Assembly: GCA_963847705.1 (NCBI GenBank)
Contig: CAWKBC010000018.1
Coordinates: 1 to 23,797, forward strand
Origin: an uncultured Pseudomonadota bacterium
GTDB lineage: Bacteria > Myxococcota_A > Polyangia > Fen-1088
DNA: 23,797 nucleotides
Reading direction: 5' to 3'
In this document: piece by piece, positions 1 through 11,561 of the stretch
Layout of the letters: the number at the start of each line of letters is the position of its first letter
Numbering within the stretch: position 1 is the first letter of the stretch
The notes under the pieces: model-generated
Database searches by the model: none
What the model was told of the DNA's origin: nothing
The model's input: only the letters and a program-made list of their open reading frames with translations
Program-made: the position numbers and the translations under genes

Positions 1-36
1 CGCCCTTTAGCCAGCCCCGCTCCGCTCGGTTCAGGG

Positions 37-810
37 TCAGGGGATGCGCTTCCAGCTGGGCTTGAAGGCTGCAGAGTAGGTCGGCGGGCCGTCGGAGATG
101 ACGTAGTCGACGCGGCGGTTGCGCGGCTCGTCGACGTTGTCGGCGGTCTTCACCTCGGGTGAGGTCTCGCCGAACCCTTCGAACGAGATCGGCAGCTTCA
201 CGCCGCGCTTGCGGAACCAGCTGGCGATCGAGCGCGCGCGATCCTGCGACAGCTTGAGGTTGTGCGCGGCGCTCCCCACGGTGTCGGTGTGCCCGGCGAT
301 GTAGAGGGTGATGCCAGGGTGCATGCGGCCGTGGGCCTGATCCTTGGCCAACACCTCGCCGAGCTTGGTGTAGGCCGCCTCCAGCTTGGGCGTCTCGGGC
401 TCGTCGATCTCCGCCGAGCCGGTCTTGAAGTTGACGTCCTCGTGCGGGATGGGGACGAACCAGGGGGCGATCTCGACGCCGACCCAGGACCCCTGGGCGT
501 CGTAGGCGTGCACCTCGATCCGCGCCACGGCCGCGTCGCTGCTCGGCGTCCAGGTGACCGTGAGCGGCGTGCCGGCCGGGCGTCCGGTGAAGTCCTGCTC
601 CTCGTCGGCGAGCACCGCCTCGTCCTCGGCGTAGACCTCGATCTTCACCTTGCCGGCCGGGTGCGACATCTTCACCTCCAGCCGGTGCTGCTTGAGGTCG
701 ACCTTGCTCTTGTCGACCTGGACCTTGAGCGGCGACCCGGCCCCCAGCGCTCGGTGAGCGCCGGCCAGGGTCCCGGCCAGGATCAAAGCGGCGGCCGTGA
801 TCCGGTTCAT
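37..810 (-). CDS. OmpA-family (peptidoglycan-binding C-terminal domain) secreted protein, 257 aa
   Basis: Real start is the ATG at 810 (MNRITAAALILAG..., signal peptide), not the 639-aa shadow ORF. C-terminal OmpA_C motifs: VNFKTGSA, AGHTDTVGSAAHNLKLSQDRARSI, GFGE, RNRRVD. Confidence 0.88.
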   Translation of the reverse strand: MNRITAAALILAGTLAGAHRALGAGSPLKVQVDKSKVDLKQHRLEVKMSHPAGKVKIEVYAEDEAVLADEEQDFTGRPAGTPLTVTWTPSSDAAVARIEVHAYDAQGSWVGVEIAPWFVPIPHEDVNFKTGSAEIDEPETPKLEAAYTKLGEVLAKDQAHGRMHPGITLYIAGHTDTVGSAAHNLKLSQDRARSIASWFRKRGVKLPISFEGFGETSPEVKTADNVDEPRNRRVDYVISDGPPTYSAAFKPSWKRIP

Positions 811-818
811 GGCCAGCC

Positions 819-824
819 ATCCTA
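819..824 (-). promoter_or_regulatory. Putative -10 box (TAGGAT) for a near-leaderless transcript of the OmpA-domain gene
   Basis: TAGGAT on the minus strand lies 8 nt upstream of the ATG; no Shine-Dalgarno sequence present. Confidence 0.4.
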
Positions 825-897
825 TTGCGAATGGCCGTCGCTGGCGAGTCTGCGCCGCGCTCACGAGATCGTGACCGAGGAGCGACGCAGCGGCGCG

Positions 898-906
898 TGG
901 TAGCGT
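898..906 (+). promoter_or_regulatory. Putative extended -10 box (TGgTAGCGT) for a leaderless transcript of the 913 operon
   Basis: TGnTAnnnT sits 6 nt upstream of the GTG at 913; no Shine-Dalgarno sequence. Confidence 0.45.
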
Positions 907-912
907 TCGGGC

Positions 913-2030
913 GTGAGGTTTCGGTCGGCTCCGGCGCTGTTGCTTGGCGTGCTCGCCTGGTCGGGCTGCGCGACCGGACCGCGGCCGCTGGTCGATTCGG
1001 GGTACGCCGCGCGCGCCTACACGCCGGGACGCATCGCCGTCCTCCCGCCGGACGTGTTCGTGGTGCTCGATCAGGTGGGCGACGACGATCCGGTGAAGTC
1101 GGCGGCGATCGGCCAGGCGGTCTCGGCCGAGACGGTGCGCGCCATCGACCGCTCGCTGCGGAGTCGTGGTTACGACGTTGACCTGCTGCCACGCTGGGAC
1201 GGTGTTGACGGCCCCGACGGGGCGCCGGTTCCGGGGGGCGAGGCGCTCGAAGGTCTCGCACGCGGCATCATCTACTTCGCCAGCAGCCCCGACGGTGGGC
1301 GCGAGGGGGCCATCGGCATGCCGCCGCGCGTGGCGCCCGAGCTGGCCGCCCAGGTCGGCGCCGCCACCCAGGCCGACGCCGTCCTCTACGTCAACGTCAA
1401 GGGCGTGGTCACGACGCCCGGCCGGCAGACGGCGACGATCCTGACCGGCGTCTTCATCGTGGTGATCGTGGCTGCCGTCATCCTCATGCTGGCCTCGCAG
1501 AAAGGCGGCGGCGGTGGACATGGCATCGGTCATGGTGGAGCCGCGTCGCACGGCAATGGCGGCGGCGGCAACTGGCGCGCGGCACCCCCGGCCGGAAAAG
1601 TGTCCGGAGCGCCCTTCCGGCCGGCGAGCTGGCACGGGGGCGGCGCGCCGATGACGACGGGGGCGCCACGCGTGGGCGCGCCCGCGGCGCCGCCCGTCGG
1701 CGGTTGGCGCGGCGGCCGACCACCGCTGGGCGCGGCGCGCGGCGGTCGCGTCTACCTCGGCGGCGGCGGCAACCTCAACCTCGTCGTTCCGCTCGATGAG
1801 CCGATCTACACGCACGACGGCAGCATCGCCTATGACGATCCGGTCTTCGCCGGCGACGAGCTCTACGTCTCGATGACCCTCGTCTCGACCTATGATGGGC
1901 GCGTGCTCTGGCACGCGCGCGACGCCCTCGATCTGGAGGCCAACAACCCGGCCCACGTCGATCGCATGGTGCAGGACTTCATGGACACGCTCCCCCCGGC
2001 GCTGCCGCCGGCGGGGGCCGCGCCGAACCC

Positions 2031-2034
<4 letters not shown>
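913..2034 (+). CDS. Hypothetical lipoprotein with an internal hydrophobic helix and a Gly-rich insert
   Basis: Lipobox-type signal (MRFRSAPALLLGVLAWSG-C), GC3-rich codons, hydrophobic ILTGVFIVVIVAAVILMLA, Gly-rich tract; GTGA overlap with the next gene. Confidence 0.75.
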
Positions 2035-5616
<3,582 letters not shown>

Positions 5617-5620
<4 letters not shown>

Positions 5621-6768
5621 AAAAGACCCGTGTCATCATCCTGTTTGGCGGCCGCTCGGCCGAGCACGAGATCTCGATCTTGTCGGCGCGCAACGTGCTG
5701 GGCGCGCTCGATCGCGAGCGGTTCGAGCCGGTCCTGATCGGCATCGATCGCGCCGGGCGCTGGCACCTGGAGTCCGAGCGGACGCTGGCCGCCGCGACCG
5801 GCGATCCGCGCGCGCTGGCCCTGGATCCCGCGGCGCCGACCGTCAGCATCGAACAGGGTTTGGTCGGCGGCGCCGGCCGTCCATCCGCTAGCGCCAACAG
5901 CGCCGCTGGCGCCAGTAGCGCCGCTGGCGCCGACGAAGTCGTGGTGTTCCCGGTCCTGCACGGCACCTTCGGCGAGGACGGCACCGTGCAGGGGCTGCTC
6001 GAGCTGGGCGACGTCGCCTACGTCGGCGCCGGCGTGCTCGGCTCGGCGATCGGGATGGACAAGGAGGTCGCCAAGCGCCTCCTGCGAGACGCCGGCATCC
6101 CGGTGGTCGACTTCACCGTCGTCACCGCCGCCGCGTTCGCACGCGATTCCGCGGCGGCGCTGGCCGGCGCCGCCAGGCTGGGGTGGCCGCTGTTCGTCAA
6201 GCCGGTCAACGCCGGCTCGTCCGTCGGAGTCTCGCGGGTCAGCGGGCCAGAGGGGCTGGCCCCGGCGGTGCGCGCGGCGCTGGCGTTCGATCGCAAGGTG
6301 CTGATCGAGCGGGCGGTCGACGCGCGCGAGATCGAATGTGCGGTGCTCGGCAACGACGACCCAATCGCTTCGGTCCCGGGCGAGATCCTCGTCCACCACA
6401 AGGACGGCTTCTATTCGTACGACGCCAAGTATGTCGATCCGAGCGGCGCGAGCTGGAAGATTCCCGCCGATCTCCCCGCCGCGACGGCCGCGCGCGTGCA
6501 GACGCTGGCCGTCGAGACCTTCCGGACGCTGGAGCTGGCAGGCCTCGCCCGCGTCGACTTTTTTCTGTCGCGCGGGGACGGCGCCCTCTACGTCAATGAG
6601 GTCAACACCCTCCCTGGATTCACCGCCATCTCGATGTATCCGAAAATGTGGGAGGCATCTGGCCTGTCACAAAAAGCGCTCCTCACCCGCCTTCTCGAGC
6701 TCGCCCTGCAAAGGTGGAGGGCCCGTCGCACCATTCATACAGGAAGGGATGCGACTCCCCAGCCATGA
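5617..6768 (+). CDS. ddl: D-alanine--D-alanine ligase (DdlA-like)
   Basis: GTG at 5617 overlaps the POP stop (GTGA) with GAGG upstream. Motifs LFGGRSAEHEIS, FPVLHGTFGEDG, MDKE, FVKP..GSSVG, YSYDAKY, RVDFF, NEVNTLPGFT..SMYP. Confidence 0.96.
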
Positions 6769-6830
6769 CGAAGCATCGAGAATTTTTGTTTTCCGTGTAT
6801 CCAGGGCGGGTGTGAGTCGTACATAGGGGC

Positions 6831-7877
6831 GTGGATCAAGAAATTGGTGCAACGAAAAGAAGCGTCGGGCGTCCATCAAAAGCGCAGCCTTTTCGCGCAT
6901 TTGTGGTCAATCTGCTGCTCAAACAGCCAAATTTAAGATCGCTGGAGATTGTCCGGCGCGCCCGTGACGCCGGTTACGAAGGTGGCAAAAGCGCCTTCTA
7001 TTCGCTGATCGCCAGTGTCCGCCCGCGTCGTAGCCGGCCGCTCGGTGAGCACGACAAGGTGCCGGGCGAGATCGCCCGCCACGGCTTCGGCCAGGTCGAC
7101 CTCAAGTTCCGCGACGGGTCCGAGCGTTCGATGACCTTCTTCGTGTCGCGGCTCGAGTACTCGCGCTTCACGATTGCGTCGATCGTCCCCGATCAGGGTC
7201 TCGAGACCTGCGTGCGGACGCTGGTGGCCCACTACCGGTCGTTCGGCGGCATCCCGCTGCTGGCGGCGTTCGATCGGGCGCGCCCCATCGGCATCGGCTC
7301 GGACAAGGATGGTCGCGTGCAGGAATGGGATCCGGCGTTTGCCTACGCGGCGCTGCAGATCGGCCTGGGGATCGAGGTGCGCGCGCGCCGCGGCGCTGAT
7401 CGCGGCCCGGGGACCAACCTCGGCAACTGGTTGAAGCTGGCCTTCTTCAAGGACGCGGCCTTCGTCGACGAGGCGGACGCCGCCCGGCAGCTGGCGATCT
7501 GGCTGCGCGAGCAGAACGACGCCCCGCAAGCGGACGCCGGGGGGAAGTCGCCGGCGGTCCTGCTGGCGGAGGAGCGACAGCGGCTGCGGCCGCTCAAGGT
7601 CGACCCGCACGAGCTGGCGCTGCGGTTCCCGGTGCTGGTCGGACCGCGCGGCGCCGTCATGCACGACGGCCAGGCCTACGCGATGCCGCCCGAGTCGGCT
7701 GGGCTGTCGGGCGCTCTGCACCTGTTCCCCGATCGCATCACCATCATCGTCGGTCGCTACGAATCGACGCACGCGCGCCACCCGGCGGTGCGACTGCTCG
7801 AATCGGTGGCGCCGTCGTCTTCGTCCGGTACCTGGGCAGCCAGCGCCGCGATGCCTCTCGCCGCCGGCGCCCGCTGA
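6831..7877 (+). CDS. Solo IS21-family IstA-derived protein, predicted catalytically inactive (possibly domesticated transposase)
   Basis: IstA-like blocks GRPSKAQPF, AGYEGGKS, PGE..RHGFG, SRLEYSR, FGGIP....FD, EERQRLRPL, HDGQAYAMP. Expected catalytic D1 (QxDFG) reads RHGFG and E (KGxVE) reads RGPGT. No istB follows. Confidence 0.8.
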   Translation: MDQEIGATKRSVGRPSKAQPFRAFVVNLLLKQPNLRSLEIVRRARDAGYEGGKSAFYSLIASVRPRRSRPLGEHDKVPGEIARHGFGQVDLKFRDGSERSMTFFVSRLEYSRFTIASIVPDQGLETCVRTLVAHYRSFGGIPLLAAFDRARPIGIGSDKDGRVQEWDPAFAYAALQIGLGIEVRARRGADRGPGTNLGNWLKLAFFKDAAFVDEADAARQLAIWLREQNDAPQADAGGKSPAVLLAEERQRLRPLKVDPHELALRFPVLVGPRGAVMHDGQAYAMPPESAGLSGALHLFPDRITIIVGRYESTHARHPAVRLLESVAPSSSSGTWAASAAMPLAAGAR

Positions 7878-7970
7878 GACCCGGGCCCCAGCTCGTCGCG
7901 GATCGAGGGGCGCTTCAAGGGGCTTTAAGGGCCCCACCCAGATGGCTTTCCCGTTTGAGCTGGCCCCGGG

Positions 7971-8060
7971 CGATCGAGAACCATGGCACCCGCGCGGCGC
8001 GAACGTCGCGTCTTGCGACCGAGAACCATGGCACGCGCGCGGCAAGAACCTCGCGTCTTG
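7971..8060 (+). repeat. Two tandem 45-bp direct repeats
   Basis: cgatcgagaaccatggcacccgcgcggcgcgaacgtcgcgtcttg (7971-8015) versus cgaccgagaaccatggcacgcgcgcggcaagaacctcgcgtcttg (8016-8060). Confidence 0.92.
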
Positions 8061-8190
8061 ATCGGGCGCAACTCGCCGCTTACGAGCTTTTTGCGGGGCG
8101 TAGCCTGCCTGGATTTCATTGCAGGCTACGCCCCGCAAAAAGCCCACGTGCGGCGAGCAGCGCCCGATCGAAGCGCGACGTTCGCGCCGC
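8039..8190. repeat. Long imperfect inverted repeat (~70-bp arms, 12-nt loop)
   Basis: Perfect 23-bp inner stem 8086-8108/8121-8143 (gctttttgcggggcgtagcctgc), plus outer stems ctcgccgc/gcggcgag, gatcgggcgc/gcgcccgatc and 8039-8059/8170-8190. Confidence 0.92.
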
Positions 8191-8311
8191 ACGTAACCGG
8201 GTTGCCAGTCGCCTGGAGCGGAGGCGATCGCCTCAATCTGAAAAGGGGGCAGCTGAGGCCGGCTGGGAGCTATAGGTTAGGCCAGCCGAGGCCGAGGCCC
8301 AGCGGCGGGTC

Positions 8312-9613
8312 CTACCCGCGCCCCATGCCGTAGTAGGTGAACCCGGCGGTGCGCAGCTCGGCGGGGCTCCAGACGTTGCGGCCGTCGAAGATCACCGGCT
8401 GGCGAAGCAGCGTCTTGAGGCGCTCGAACGAGGGGCGTCGGAACTCGTGCCACTCGGTGACCAGCACCAATGCGTCGGCCCCCTTGGCGCATTCATAGTG
8501 CGCCTCTTCGTACGCGATGCGGTCGCCGAGCTGTTTGCGCACCGCCTCGATCGCCACCGGATCGGACGCCGAGACCTTGGCGCCCGCTCCGAGCAGCTGC
8601 TCGATCAAGACCAGCGCGGGCGCCTCGCGGATGTCGTCGGTGCCGGGCTTGAACGCCAGGCCCCAGACGGCGATCTGCTTTCCTTTCAGATCGCCGCCGA
8701 AGTGCGCCAGGACCTTGTCGCCGAGCCGCCGCTTCTGCCGCTCGTTGACGGCGACCACGGCGTCGAGGACCTCCAGCTTGTAGCCGACCTCGCGCCCCGT
8801 GCTGATGGCGGCGCGCAGATCCTTGGGGAAACAGCTGCCGCCGAAGCCCGGCCCGGCGAAGAGGAATTTGGGGCCGATCCGGTTGTCGGAGCCCATCCCC
8901 TTGCGCACGAGCTCGATGTCCGCGCCCAGGATCTCGCAGAGGTTGGCGAGGTCATTCATGAACGAGATGCGCGTCGCCAGCATGGAGTTCGCGGCGTATT
9001 TGGTCAGCTCGGCGGAGCGGCGATCCATCACCAGCATCCGGTCGGTGGTCCGGGTGAAGGGCGCGTAGAGAGCGCGCAGCGTCTCGATGGCGCGCTTGTC
9101 GCTGGTGCCGACCACCACGCGGTCCGGCTTCATGAAGTCGTTGAGGGCGTCCCCCTCCTTCAAGAACTCCGGGTTCGAGGCGACGGCGAACTCGTGCTTG
9201 GTCCGCTTGCCGATGATCGCCTCGATCTTGTCGCCGGTCCCCACCGGGACGGTCGACTTGGTGACCACCACCGCCCAGCCGGTGAGCGCGTCGCCCACGT
9301 CGGCAGCCGCTTTCAGGATGTAGGACAGATCGGCCGAACCGTCCGGCCCCGGCGGCGTTCCCACCGCCAGCAGCACCACCTCGGCCCCCGCGACGCCGGC
9401 CTTCACGTCGGTGGTGAAGGTCAGACGCCCTTCGGCGACGTTGTGGGTCACGATCTTGTCGAGGCCCGGCTCATAGATCGGCATGACGCCGTGCTTGAGG
9501 CCATCGATCTTCTGCGCGTCGAGATCGCAGCAGGTGACGTCATTCCCCATGTCCGCGAATCCCGCGCCCGCGACCAGTCCGACGTACCCGGTTCCGATGA
9601 CGGAAATCTTCAT
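8312..9613 (-). CDS. ugd: UDP-glucose 6-dehydrogenase
   Basis: Start MKISVIGTGYVGL (ATG at 9613); KSTVPVGT, SNPEFLKEG, AELTKYAAN, catalytic GFGGSCFPKD, GLAFKPGTDDIRE, DGRN. Confidence 0.95.
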   Translation of the reverse strand: MKISVIGTGYVGLVAGAGFADMGNDVTCCDLDAQKIDGLKHGVMPIYEPGLDKIVTHNVAEGRLTFTTDVKAGVAGAEVVLLAVGTPPGPDGSADLSYILKAAADVGDALTGWAVVVTKSTVPVGTGDKIEAIIGKRTKHEFAVASNPEFLKEGDALNDFMKPDRVVVGTSDKRAIETLRALYAPFTRTTDRMLVMDRRSAELTKYAANSMLATRISFMNDLANLCEILGADIELVRKGMGSDNRIGPKFLFAGPGFGGSCFPKDLRAAISTGREVGYKLEVLDAVVAVNERQKRRLGDKVLAHFGGDLKGKQIAVWGLAFKPGTDDIREAPALVLIEQLLGAGAKVSASDPVAIEAVRKQLGDRIAYEEAHYECAKGADALVLVTEWHEFRRPSFERLKTLLRQPVIFDGRNVWSPAELRTAGFTYYGMGRG

Positions 9614-9671
9614 GCCGATCGCATACCATGAACCGACAATGGTGCCGAGCCACCCGTCGCCAACGTTTGCG

Positions 9672-10661
9672 ATGCAGGCGAGTGTCATGCTTCTGGCCGC
9701 CGGCCGCTCGACGCGTCTCGGCGCGCTCGGTCTGACCCTGCCGAAGCCGCTGGTCCCGATCTGCGGCCACCCGGCCATCGCCTTCGGCCTGCGGGCCGCG
9801 GCGCGCGCGGGGGCGACCCGCGCCGTGGTCAACGTCTTCCACCGTGGCGATCTGGTGCGCGCGACGCTCGGCGCGCGCGCATCCGGGCTGGCCATCGACT
9901 ACGCGGTCGAGGCGGATCTGCTGGGGACCGGCGGCGGGATTGCCAACGCACGGACCTTGCTCGGGCCCGGGCCGGCGCTGGTGATGAACGCCAAGGTGGT
10001 CGCTGATCTGGATCTGCCGGCGCTGCTGGCCGAGCAGGCCGCGCACGGCGCCGCAGCGACGATGTTGCTGCGCGACGATCCGGATCCGCAGCGCTGGGGG
10101 GCGATCGGCGTCGACGCGACCGGGCGGGTGGTCAGCATCCTCGACGCGCGCTCGCCGCGTCCGCCCGAGGGCGCTGTGACCTTGCGGATGTTCACCGGCG
10201 TCCAGGTGCTGGCCCCCGCGTTGATGGACCGCCTCCAGCCCATCTTCTCGGACCTCATTCGTGACGCCTACGTCCCAGCGCTGCGCGACGGCGAGACGAT
10301 CCGGGCGGCGACGCTCGGCGGCTACTTCGCCGAGCACTCCACGCCGGAACGCTATCTGGCCGGGAACCTGGCGCTGCTGCGCGATCCGGGCCTGCTGCGC
10401 GATCCGCCGGGGACTCTGGCCGGCGTCGATCCGGGCGCGCGGGTGGCGGCCGGAGCGCGGATCGTCGGCCCGGTGCGGATCGCGGCGGGCGCGGAGGTCG
10501 AAGCGGGCGCCGAGGTTGGCCCGGACGCGGTCGTCGACGCCGGGGCGCGGGTGGCGGCCGGCGCGCGGGTGCGGCGCGCGGTGGTCTGGTCGGGCGCCAC
10601 GGCGACCGGCGACATCTCCGACGCGGTGGTCACGACCTCGGGGGTCGTCGGGGTGGCTTAG
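9672..10661 (+). CDS. NDP-sugar pyrophosphorylase / nucleotidyltransferase family protein with C-terminal hexapeptide (LbH) repeats
   Basis: LAAGRSTRL..L..PKPL, E..LLGTGGGI, MFTGV, and C-terminal VDPGARVAAGARIVGPVRI repeats. Start uncertain (9639, 9672 or 9687). Confidence 0.85.
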   Translation: MQASVMLLAAGRSTRLGALGLTLPKPLVPICGHPAIAFGLRAAARAGATRAVVNVFHRGDLVRATLGARASGLAIDYAVEADLLGTGGGIANARTLLGPGPALVMNAKVVADLDLPALLAEQAAHGAAATMLLRDDPDPQRWGAIGVDATGRVVSILDARSPRPPEGAVTLRMFTGVQVLAPALMDRLQPIFSDLIRDAYVPALRDGETIRAATLGGYFAEHSTPERYLAGNLALLRDPGLLRDPPGTLAGVDPGARVAAGARIVGPVRIAAGAEVEAGAEVGPDAVVDAGARVAAGARVRRAVVWSGATATGDISDAVVTTSGVVGVA

Positions 10662-11449
10662 GCCGCTTCGACGCGGACGGCGACCACGGTGATGTTGTCG
10701 ACGCCGCCGTTCTTGTTGGCCTCGGCGATCAGCTTCTCGCACATGACGTCGAGGTCGTTCTCGCTGGTGGCGATGGCCGAGATCTCCTCGTCCTTGACCA
10801 TGCCCGACAGGCCGTCCGAGCAGAGCAGGTAGACGTCGCCCAGCAGCGGCTCCTCGACGTGCACGTCGACCTGCACGGTGTCCTTCATGCCGAGCGCCCG
10901 GACGATCACGTTCTTGTGCGGGAACGAGGCGATCTCGTCCGGCGAGAGGTTCTTCATCTTGATGTAGTCGTTGAGCAGCGAGTGGTCCTCGGTCAGCTGC
11001 TTGAGCGCGCCGTCGCGCCGCCGGTAGAGCCGGCTGTCGCCGACGTGCCCGATGACCAGCGCCCGATCGGCGAACAGCGTCGAGACCACCGTGGTCCCCA
11101 TCCCGTGGCAGCGCGGATCCTTCTGCGCCTGCTCGTGAATCTTCAGGTTGGCCAGCTTGATCGCCGTGACCATCCGGTTGGTGTCGTAGCGGTTGCCGTG
11201 GTCCATCTTGAACGGCCAGGTCAGCTGCTGGTCGTCCTGGGTGGCCTTGAAGAATCCGACGATGGTGTCGACCGCCATCCGGCTGGCCACCTCGCCCGAG
11301 GCGTGGCCCCCCATGCCGTCGGCCACGATCGCCAGCCGTTCGCTCTCGGGGAGATAGAAGGCGTCCTCGTTGTGGGCGCGCTTCATCCCCACGTTCGAGT
11401 CGCCTGCAAACCGGACCCGCATGCCGTCCATGGGAAACGACGAGCTCAT
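10658..11449 (-). CDS. pph1: PP2C/PPM-family Ser/Thr protein phosphatase, Myxococcus Pph1-like
   Basis: VGMKRAHNED, VADGMGGH, TWPFKMD insert, GMGTT, HVGDSR, TEDHSL, KNVIVRALG, LLCSDGLSGM, GGVDNIT. Start could also be 11422 or 11461. Stop overlaps the convergent gene's stop. Confidence 0.88.
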   Translation of the reverse strand: MSSSFPMDGMRVRFAGDSNVGMKRAHNEDAFYLPESERLAIVADGMGGHASGEVASRMAVDTIVGFFKATQDDQQLTWPFKMDHGNRYDTNRMVTAIKLANLKIHEQAQKDPRCHGMGTTVVSTLFADRALVIGHVGDSRLYRRRDGALKQLTEDHSLLNDYIKMKNLSPDEIASFPHKNVIVRALGMKDTVQVDVHVEEPLLGDVYLLCSDGLSGMVKDEEISAIATSENDLDVMCEKLIAEANKNGGVDNITVVAVRVEAA

Positions 11450-11481
11450 GGCGTGCCCCATCGTATCGCGCCCGGCGGCGA

Positions 11482-11558
11482 CGATCAACGCGTGGAGGGA
11501 GCCGGGCCCTGCCGGCGGAGTCCTCCGCCGCGGGAGCGGGGATCCTTCGAGGATCCCC
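11482..11558 (-). repeat. Palindromic repeat element, copy B (intergenic)
   Basis: Reverse complement reads ggggatcct-cga-aggatcccc-gctcccgcggcggaggactcc-gccggcagggcccggc-tccctccacgcg-tt-gatcg, colinear with copy A. Confidence 0.8.
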
Positions 11559-11561
11559 GAA

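Noticed and set aside
811-1956. N-terminal 381 aa of the 639-aa ORF and other long antisense ORFs (e.g. 1890-3458, 3431-5518, 14454-16118, 20706-22514)
   Set aside because: Shadow frames of real genes, expected in high-GC DNA; no recognisable motifs.
5893-5931. 18-bp tandem duplication in ddl (ANSAAG/ASSAAG)
   Set aside because: Real, but an ordinary slippage expansion in a variable loop; unrelated to the palindromic family.
6831-7877. Active IS21 insertion sequence
   Set aside because: No istB, no recognisable terminal inverted repeats or target duplication, and a degenerate catalytic triad.
7971-8060. Mini-CRISPR or IS21 terminal repeats
   Set aside because: No spacer between the two units; no matching inverted copy upstream of the IstA-like gene and no paired TG...CA ends found.
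8086-8143. Bidirectional rho-independent terminator
   Set aside because: The stem is followed by an A-tract, not a U-tract, on both strands.
7925-8333. Small ORFs in the structured intergenic region (7955-8275, 7983-8333, 7925-8119)
   Set aside because: No RBS, atypical codon use, translations simply mirror the DNA repeats.
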